Positions 17,095 to 24,000 of a stretch of DNA of 24,000 nucleotides are shown in pieces. Where the stretch lies: the NCBI GenBank assembly GCA_015099395.1, contig AP024096.1, positions 5,721,485 through 5,745,484 on the forward strand, read 5' to 3'. The stretch comes from Ktedonobacteria bacterium brp13 (GTDB lineage: Bacteria; Chloroflexota; Ktedonobacteria; Ktedonobacterales; Ktedonobacteraceae). The notes below the pieces were generated by a model that saw nothing but the letters and a program-made list of their open reading frames with translations, did no database searches and had not been told where the DNA came from. Numbering within the stretch: position 1 is the first letter of the stretch; every line of letters starts with the position of its first letter. Position numbers and translations under genes: made by a program.

Positions 17095-17325
17095 ATGAGG
17101 ATAAGATTACGCGTCAAAGAGGTAGCAGAGGCTAAGGGCGTTTCGATGACAAAGCTACATATTAAGTCCGAAGTCTCCTACAACACTATCCGCCGCATAT
17201 TTCGAGAGCCATATGTTGAGATAACCACAACAACGCTTGCTCGGTTAGCTGAGGCTCTGGGGGTGAGTTCCCATGATCTCATCGAGGATGCCCCGGACGC
17301 TATCCCTGCACCTTCTACTGAATAA
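17095..17325 (+). CDS. XRE-family HTH regulator, possible control protein for the downstream gene
   Basis: MRIRLRVKEVAEAKGVSMTKLHIKSEVSYNTIRRIFREPYVEITTTTLARLAEALGVSSHDLIED; internal ATG at 17095 fits better than the track start 16891. Confidence 0.82.
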   Translation: MRIRLRVKEVAEAKGVSMTKLHIKSEVSYNTIRRIFREPYVEITTTTLARLAEALGVSSHDLIEDAPDAIPAPSTE

Positions 17326-17390
17326 TTAATCGATTGCATATGCTTGATGTAATTCTTTTGTCTATTACTGAGTAGCAAGGAGCGCTATTA

Positions 17391-20300
17391 ATGACTACCC
17401 AGCCTATTGAAATTTTCTACTCCTACGCCCACGAAGATGAAGACCTCCAAAAGCAGCTTGACGAGCATCTTAGCTCACTCAAACAACAAAAACTGATTAG
17501 TGGCTGGTATGATCGAGATATTAGTGCTGGCGCATTATGGTCAGAGGAGATACAGCGTCATTTGCATTCTGCCCGTATTATATTGTTTCTTGTCAGTAGT
17601 TCATTTCTTGCATCGAAATATTGCTATGAAGTAGAGGTACAAGAAGCGTTAAAACGGCATGAGGCCGGTGAAGCAGTTGTTATTCCTGTTATTCTGCGCT
17701 CTTGCTACTGGCAAGTTGCCCCCTTTGGACAGTTTCAGGCATTGCCGAAGAATGCAAAACCTGTTACATTGTGGTCAAACCGTGACGCTGCTTTTACGGA
17801 TGTGGTGAAGGGCATTGTGAAGGTAATTAACGAAATCGATAGTCAGAAGAAGACGCTACCTACTCAGCAGAACGGTAAGCGAAAGAGGAGGATGGGCGAA
17901 GTGTTGGAAGAAGAGTATGAATCTACCGCAGCTATGCCAGAGATACCACACACACCAACAGCATTTAATAATACTCTCAAGAAGGCTATCGAGCGTTATT
18001 ATAAGGAACTCAAAGAGTATGAAGGCAAAGCAGACTACGAACTAGCCTTACGATCAGCGTTTCAGAACTTGCTGGCAGAAGCGTGTCGCCTTGTGAAGTG
18101 GACGTTGATTCCTGAGCAAACGTTAGAAGGTGGTATCCGCCCAGATGGTGTTGTGCGTGATGCTTTTGAATTGCGTCGTGGTTACTGGGAGGCGAAGGGG
18201 CCAAAGAGCGATCTGGATAAAGAGATTGCGAAGAAGATTGCCGATAACTACCCACTCATGAATACCCTCTTCGAAAATACCCGTGTAGCAGTACTGTATC
18301 AGAGTAAAAAGCGCTTGCCCTATGAATACGATTTAACGAAGCCTAACGATGTCAGCGACTTGATCAAGCAGTTTGTAACCTATACTGAACCGGATATTGC
18401 GAACTTTGAAACGGCTGTGGGAGAGTTCAAGCAACGCATTCCTGAATTGGCGAAGGCGCTACTAGACAGCATTGAGAAGGAACAAAAGCAGAATAAGAAA
18501 TTCATAACGGCCTTCGATACCTTTACTGAACTTTGCCGAACCTCTCTTGATCCAAAAATTAGCGACAATACTATCAAGGAGATGCTTGTTCAACACTTGC
18601 TGACTGAGCGCCTTTTCCGCACGATCTTTGGTAACGCCGATTTCGTCAACCGCAATGTGATCGCTGCTGAGATTGAGCGTGTTATTCAGGCTCTTACCAG
18701 TCGTTCTTTTGATCGCCAGGAATTTCTTAAATCACTGGATCGTTTTTACGTAGCGATAGAAAGTGCTGCGAAAGGTATTGAAAGTTGGTCAGAACGTCAA
18801 CACTTCTTGAACACCGTCTACGAACGATTCTTCCAGGGTTTCTCTGTCAAGCAAGCTGATACATTAGGTATTGTCTACACACCGCAAGAGATTGTAGATT
18901 TTATGTGTGCTAGCGTTGAGGAGGTCTTACAACGTGAGTTTGGTACTTCAATCGCTGAACCTGGTGTGCAAATCCTCGATCCTGCTACGGGAACAGGAAG
19001 CTTTATTGTGAATCTCCTACATCGTATTCCTCGTCATCAGTTAAAACATAAGTATAGGCATGATCTTTTTTGTAATGAGGTTACCTTATTGCCCTACTAC
19101 ATCGCATCACTAAATATTGAGCATGAATATTTTGAACGTGTCGGTGAATATGAACCGTTCGAGGGTATTTGTTTTGCTGATACTTTGGAGTTGGCTGAAG
19201 GTCAACAATTACCACTTTTTGTAGAGGAGAATACTGAGCGGGTACAACGAGAAAAAGATGCTCAAATTATGGTGGTGATCGGTAATCCTCCTTATAATGT
19301 TGGTCAAAAGAGTGAAAATGATAATAATAAAAACCGCAAATATCCTTTAACGGATGCTCGTGTAAGTGAGACTTATGCTAAAGATTCCAAGGCAAGTAAT
19401 AAGATTGCTCTGTCTGATGTCTACGTTAAGTTCTTTCGTTGGGCTTCTGATCGTTTAGGAAACCGAGATGGCGTTGTTTGCATGATTACAAATAATTCCT
19501 TTATTGATCAGGTGGCGTTTGATGGCATGCGTATGCACTTACAGAAAGATTTCACAACGATTTATCATATTGATTTGCATGGTAATGTGCGGAAGAATCC
19601 AAAAATATCTGGTACTACGCATAATGTCTTCGGTATTCAAGTTGGTGTGGGTGTTACTATTGCTGTTCGTAATGCCAAGCAGCTAAAAAAGGTTATCTAT
19701 TACAATCGTGTTCCTGATTTTTGGCGTAAAGCGGAGAAATTAGCGTTTTTAAAAGAAAAAGGCAATATTTCAGCTATAGAATGGCTAGAATTACAGCCAA
19801 ACGAACGGCATATCTGGATGACAGAAGGATTGAGACCGGAGTTTAGTACCTATTTCCCTATGGGTAGCAAAGAAGCTAGACTCGTTAAGAGTGGCACTAT
19901 AGCAGAGTCTAATGTTAAAACTATTTTCAAAACCTATTCGCTAGGACCACGTACAAATCGCGATGATTGGGTACGTGACTTTAATAGAGAAGCCCTTACA
20001 CGCAAGGTATTTAGGCTTGTAGATACGTATAATGGTGAAGTTGATCGTTGGCATAGAAGAGGGAGTAATAATACAGGAGTTGACGATTTTGTCATTTATG
20101 ATGATAAAAGGATAAAATGGAGCAGAGATTTAAAATTAGATCTTCAACGTGGTAGCTATTCACAGTATAATGAGGAGAAAATTCGTCGCTCACTATATAG
20201 ACCATTTTGTAAACAGTATCTCTTCTTTGACCGGGTTTTAAATGAAGAAGTTTATCAATTCCCTCAAATCTTGCCTACTTCTACTACTGAGCAAGAGAAT

Positions 20301-21086
20301 ATTTTTATTGGTTTAACAGATTTAGGTTCAGAGAAACCTTTCATGGTTATGGCCTCTAATCTTATCACTGATGTACATTTGGTGGGTGCTGGCTGCGGAA
20401 CACAGTGCTTCCCCTTTTATACTTATTCGGAAGATGGCAGTAATCGTCGTGAAAACATTACCAATTGGGCTCTCAATCAATTTCAGGCTAGGTACGGCAA
20501 TCAAGTTACTAAATGGGATATCTTTCATTACGTCTATAGCCTCTTGCACCACTCTCAATACCGTGAACGTTATGTTGAGAACCTCAAGCGAGATTTGCCT
20601 CATATTCCACTTGTCCATACACCAGAAACATTTCAAAGCGTTGTGAATATTGGCAAACAGCTTATGGATATCCATCTGAACTATGAGACAGCGAAAGAGT
20701 ATCGTTTGACATGGTTAGAAAATGAGAATGTGCCTTTTAGCTGGCGTGTGGAGAAGATGCGTTTGTCTACGGATAAGCGTGTAGTGGTTGTCAACGAGAG
20801 CCTGAGACTTGGACCATTGCCGCAGGAATGTTTTGATTATCGATTGGGAAATCGTTCTGCACTTGAGTGGGTTATTGATCAGTACCAGGTCTCAAAAGAT
20901 TCTCGTAACGGTATTGAGAGCGACCCTAATCGGCTGGATAACGAAGAGTATATTGTACGTCTAGTCTGCAAAGTAGTTCAGGTCAGTGTTGAGACGGTGC
21001 AGTTAGTGAATGAGTTGGCTCAGAAAGTGACTGTAGAGGATTGGACAGAGGAGAGTGTGAATGTAAGCGAGGCTACAGAGGTATAA
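17391..21086 (+). CDS. TIR domain + nuclease-like segment + type ISP/IIG-like N6-adenine DNA methyltransferase/specificity fusion (1231 aa)
   Basis: TIR: IEIFYSYAHEDEDLQKQLDEHL...FLVSSSFLASKYCYEVEVQEAL; nuclease-like: GGIRPDGVV...GYWEAKG; MTase: ILDPATGTGSF and VIGNPPYN; C-terminal YRPFCKQYLFFD...CFPFYTY...SALEWVIDQYQVSKD as in type ISP/IIG proteins. Confidence 0.88.
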   Translation: MTTQPIEIFYSYAHEDEDLQKQLDEHLSSLKQQKLISGWYDRDISAGALWSEEIQRHLHSARIILFLVSSSFLASKYCYEVEVQEALKRHEAGEAVVIPVILRSCYWQVAPFGQFQALPKNAKPVTLWSNRDAAFTDVVKGIVKVINEIDSQKKTLPTQQNGKRKRRMGEVLEEEYESTAAMPEIPHTPTAFNNTLKKAIERYYKELKEYEGKADYELALRSAFQNLLAEACRLVKWTLIPEQTLEGGIRPDGVVRDAFELRRGYWEAKGPKSDLDKEIAKKIADNYPLMNTLFENTRVAVLYQSKKRLPYEYDLTKPNDVSDLIKQFVTYTEPDIANFETAVGEFKQRIPELAKALLDSIEKEQKQNKKFITAFDTFTELCRTSLDPKISDNTIKEMLVQHLLTERLFRTIFGNADFVNRNVIAAEIERVIQALTSRSFDRQEFLKSLDRFYVAIESAAKGIESWSERQHFLNTVYERFFQGFSVKQADTLGIVYTPQEIVDFMCASVEEVLQREFGTSIAEPGVQILDPATGTGSFIVNLLHRIPRHQLKHKYRHDLFCNEVTLLPYYIASLNIEHEYFERVGEYEPFEGICFADTLELAEGQQLPLFVEENTERVQREKDAQIMVVIGNPPYNVGQKSENDNNKNRKYPLTDARVSETYAKDSKASNKIALSDVYVKFFRWASDRLGNRDGVVCMITNNSFIDQVAFDGMRMHLQKDFTTIYHIDLHGNVRKNPKISGTTHNVFGIQVGVGVTIAVRNAKQLKKVIYYNRVPDFWRKAEKLAFLKEKGNISAIEWLELQPNERHIWMTEGLRPEFSTYFPMGSKEARLVKSGTIAESNVKTIFKTYSLGPRTNRDDWVRDFNREALTRKVFRLVDTYNGEVDRWHRRGSNNTGVDDFVIYDDKRIKWSRDLKLDLQRGSYSQYNEEKIRRSLYRPFCKQYLFFDRVLNEEVYQFPQILPTSTTEQENIFIGLTDLGSEKPFMVMASNLITDVHLVGAGCGTQCFPFYTYSEDGSNRRENITNWALNQFQARYGNQVTKWDIFHYVYSLLHHSQYRERYVENLKRDLPHIPLVHTPETFQSVVNIGKQLMDIHLNYETAKEYRLTWLENENVPFSWRVEKMRLSTDKRVVVVNESLRLGPLPQECFDYRLGNRSALEWVIDQYQVSKDSRNGIESDPNRLDNEEYIVRLVCKVVQVSVETVQLVNELAQKVTVEDWTEESVNVSEATEV

Positions 21087-21145
21087 GCCCGTACGTAAGG
21101 GGTAGAAAGAGAGTGCGTTACTCCCTCAATACCCCCTATCGCTTT

Positions 21146-22081
21146 TTATCTACTAGTCCTTCGTCTGGTTGTATTCGGCGTCTTTCTCGCTTCTTCGGCC
21201 TGGAACGTCTTCAAGTAGACCTCTGTGACCTTTACTGAACTGTGGCCCATGAGAATACTTAGTCGATAGATATCACCTCCATTACGAAGGTAGTTCACTG
21301 CAAAGGTATGTCGGCACGTGTGAGCAGAGCAGCGTACTCCCTCGATTTTGCCCCATCGCGCCAATCGATCAAATAACATATCTATGCCCTTTATCGTGAG
21401 CGGCTGATAGTATCTTGAGGCGAATGCTGGTTCATCGTTACCTGCCTCTTTACGATATGCCTCTAAATAGCGTCTCAATCGCCTTCTGACCTCGTTTGGA
21501 AGCCCTACCTCTCTCCACTTCCTACCCTTGCCGTAGACTTTGATATGTGCGTCTTCTGGATGAAGGTAGATATTACCGACGGTAAGTGTGCAAAGCTCAT
21601 TAGAACGGATGCCAGTGTTTAGAAACAGGTCTAGTATCAATTCATCTCTATCGCGTAGATGTTGGTTGTATTCTTGCTGAGAGGCTTTGTAGAGCTCTTT
21701 GATATGGTCCTGTGTGAAGGTCTCAATGATCACTACGTCTACCTTCGGCGGCTTGATGCGTTTGACGGCTTTCTCGCTGACATGGCCCTCGTATTCGTCG
21801 TCTTGAGCACACCAGTTAGCAAAGCCTTTCACGACCTGGACATAGCCGTGTACTGTATAGCTAGAGAGTGTGGTATTCTTACGTGGTGAGCGCGTGCGAG
21901 AGAGATGATCTTGGAAGCGGGTGACTGTGCGGTTATTCATATCTGCAAGGTTGATGTCGTTCGCTGCACACCATTCGGAGAAAACGGCTAACTTCTGCTC
22001 GTACCACTGGTATGTCTTTGGCTGTAGTGTCTGGCATTCAGTCAGATAGTCGGCGATGGCGTTGGTTATGGATGTTCCCAC
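21146..22081 (-). CDS. Tyrosine recombinase/phage-type integrase
   Basis: TGIRSNELCTL, HTCRHTFAVNYLRNGGDIYRLSILMGHSSVKVTEVYLK (R...HxxR...H...Y); adjacent to the right att repeat. Confidence 0.95.
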   Translation of the reverse strand: MGTSITNAIADYLTECQTLQPKTYQWYEQKLAVFSEWCAANDINLADMNNRTVTRFQDHLSRTRSPRKNTTLSSYTVHGYVQVVKGFANWCAQDDEYEGHVSEKAVKRIKPPKVDVVIIETFTQDHIKELYKASQQEYNQHLRDRDELILDLFLNTGIRSNELCTLTVGNIYLHPEDAHIKVYGKGRKWREVGLPNEVRRRLRRYLEAYRKEAGNDEPAFASRYYQPLTIKGIDMLFDRLARWGKIEGVRCSAHTCRHTFAVNYLRNGGDIYRLSILMGHSSVKVTEVYLKTFQAEEARKTPNTTRRRTSR

Positions 22082-22177
22082 GATATTGGTCCTTTCGCAT
22101 AACCGTACCTTGGAAAGAGCTATTTTCGCTAAACCCGCTTGACAGGCTGGTTCATGGTGTATGTTCCGTGGTAATAT

Positions 22178-22228
22178 TTCCTAAACCGTGCGTCGGCGGT
22201 TCGAGTCCGCCCAGTCCCATTTCTCCCA
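22178..22228. repeat. Right attachment-site repeat (51 bp, truncated tRNA-Arg 3' part)
   Basis: Identical to 7989-8039. Confidence 0.95.
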
Positions 22229-22504
22229 ACCCGCTCCATAGGCCGATTGATGGAACTCTCCAACGCATACCTGACGCCCAGATTATTAAGTTCTGTCTCA
22301 AAACTGTACACCGCCCAAAATCTCATAACGAAGAATGAGCCTGAGAAGCGGCTTGAGTGCACTTTTCTGTTTCATATGAGAGGCACGCGTGTGCGTTCTT
22401 GACTGCACAAATGACCGCTAGGAGAGGTCAGGAACTGTCAGCAAGGTGTTAAATTTTAAGTTCTGTTGTCAAGTACCTGAATGTCTGCAACGACTTGAGG
22501 ACGC

Positions 22505-23060
22505 GTGGATGAGACGTATAGCAAAGTCAGGAACGTTTGGATGTACCTGTATCGGGCGGTGGATTCCGAGGGAACACCCTCGAGTTTCTCTTGAGTCCGA
22601 CGCGCGATGCCGAGGCGGCCACTCGTTTCTTCCTCAATGCGCTGCATTCCACCGCTGATGGAGCTCCTCAAGCTCATCCTGTCGAGGAACAGATGGCCCA
22701 ACCCGCGACTGTGGCCAACCCCGCCACATCAGCTCCTCGCATGATCAATGTCGATAAAAACGCGGCCTATCCCAAGGCCATGGCCGACTTGAAAGCCGCT
22801 GGCATCCTGCCTGAACACGTGGAATTGAGGCAAGTGAAATACCTCAACAATCTGATCGAGCAAGACCACCGGTTCATCTAACCGTTCCCCAACGGTTGAC
22901 GAAGCCAGGGATGGGCTTTTTCTCATTCGAGACAGCGTGGCGAACCTTACAAGGATACGCGCATGATGAACATGATGAGGAAAGGGTAAATACAAGGAGT
23001 GGCCAAAGGTGATGTGAGAGGCCAAGTTGCCTTGGTTGCCAGGCTATTTGGAGTGGTTGT
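22505..23060 (+). pseudogene. IS6-family transposase remnant
   Basis: VDETYSKVRNVWMYLYRAVDSEG, then in another frame LEFLLSPTRDAEAATRFFLNALH...INVDKNAAYPKAMADLKAAGILPEHVELRQVKYLNNLIEQDHRFI, then stop and residual homology; frameshifted. Confidence 0.85.
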
Positions 23061-23623
23061 CTAAGAAAATTGAAGAGGATCTGCTCACGTTCAATTTTTT
23101 TCTTCCTCGTTTTTGCAACACAACCGTTTGCCATATGCATGCCAGCTATATATTTGTACTAATGGTCATAAAAATCTATAAGAGCTGCCATTAAAACAAC
23201 AATAATACGACTGCATAGCTCCTTCACATGATGTCAGTGTGCAGTTGCGCCTGAGAAGCAGATGCCTGGAAAGTGAGAACAGTGGCCTCTTTTTACTCTA
23301 TTCAAGCGCTCCGCATCAGCCTCGCCAGCCCGCAGCAGCTGCGTGACTGGAGTGCTTGCGTACAACTGGCAAACGCATGAATTTGATCATAATCCTCTCG
23401 TGGTAGCATAAGCCACTAGGACAACTGTGCGGCAAAAAGCTATGCACTTAATTATCGCATGTACATCTATTCGGTCTATTTAATAGTATGTATAATTGTG
23501 TAGTATACTATTGTGAGTATATCCGCCATTGTGGATATTTTGCAACGCAGTAGAAACTCCTATCCCCGATAGAAAGATACCAGAGGAAAGTCTGAGTTTT
23601 GTAAGCAGGAAGGTCTCCACGAC

Positions 23624-24000
23624 ATGCAAAAAGAATCACTGTATACTCAAGGGGAAACTGCGCTACGGGCAGGGCATTATGAGGATGCCCTTGCGGAATT
23701 CAATCGTATCCTTGCTACTGACGAGAGTAACATAATAGTGCTTGGCTTACGAGGCTTGACGTATTGTTGTCTAAAACGTTATGATGAGGCTTTTGCGGAC
23801 TTTAATCATGCCCTTACTATTGATGCTAATAATGTTCGGATCATTGGATTACGTGGGGAGGCATATCGCCGGATAAAGAAGTATGCTGAAGCGCTTGCGG
23901 ACTTTGATCGTGCTCTTGCTATTAGTCAGAAATTCTGGTGGCTTTATAAAGAGCGAGGTAAAGTTTATGGTCTGATGGGACAGTATGAGGAGTCGCTTGC
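23624..24000 (+). CDS. TPR-repeat protein (3'-truncated by window end)
   Basis: ATG at 23624 after AGGAAGG; open to the end: MQKESLYTQGETALRAGHYEDALAEFNRILATDESNIIVLGLRGLTYCCLKRYDEAFADFNHALTID... Confidence 0.85.
   Translation, partial: MQKESLYTQGETALRAGHYEDALAEFNRILATDESNIIVLGLRGLTYCCLKRYDEAFADFNHALTIDANNVRIIGLRGEAYRRIKKYAEALADFDRALAISQKFWWLYKERGKVYGLMGQYEESL

Larger units (their letters stand above)
7989..22228. mobile_element. Integrated genetic element (genomic island) in the tRNA-Arg(CCT) gene
   Basis: Flanked by 51-bp direct repeats; tyrosine recombinase ends 97 bp from the right repeat; contains replication helicase, excisionase-like HTH, iteron-like repeats and defence-like cargo. 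Confidence 0.92.

Noticed and set aside
17391-21086. Canonical Thoeris or complete type I R-M system
   Set aside because: No ThsA-like SIR2/SLOG partner, no separate hsdR/hsdS genes and no helicase motifs seen; the TIR is fused to the methyltransferase protein instead.
22012-22338. 108-aa plus-strand ORF across attR
   Set aside because: Overlaps the integrase start antisense and the truncated tRNA repeat; no recognisable domain.

Overview
The window splits into three parts. (1) About 1-7.8 kb, chromosomal-looking: two paralogous multidrug-efflux modules, each an MFS DHA2-type transporter + HlyD-like adaptor + small single-TM coiled-coil protein, separated by a TetR-family regulator. A small HTH-like ORF and a tRNA-Arg(CCU) gene follow. 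(2) 7989-22228, a roughly 14.2-kb integrated element. It is delimited by a 51-bp direct repeat of the tRNA-Arg 3' part plus flank, and the tyrosine recombinase lies next to the right repeat. It carries a D5/P4-type replication helicase, an iteron-like GTTACAT/ATGTAAC cluster, a DUF559/VSR-like nuclease, an excisionase-like HTH and several small HTH proteins. It also carries a short composite CRISPR-like array with two repeat families and no cas genes in view, a pentapeptide-repeat protein with a C-terminal Rossmann/TIR-like domain, and a 1231-aa protein joining an N-terminal TIR domain to a nuclease-like segment and a type ISP/IIG-like N6-adenine methyltransferase with specificity region. (3) After the right att site: a decayed IS6-family transposase and the start of a TPR protein that runs off the window. 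The best candidate for an undescribed system is the HTH + TIR-nuclease-methyltransferase pair at 17095-21086, inside the tRNA-borne island. All family calls come from reading motifs; no database searches were run.
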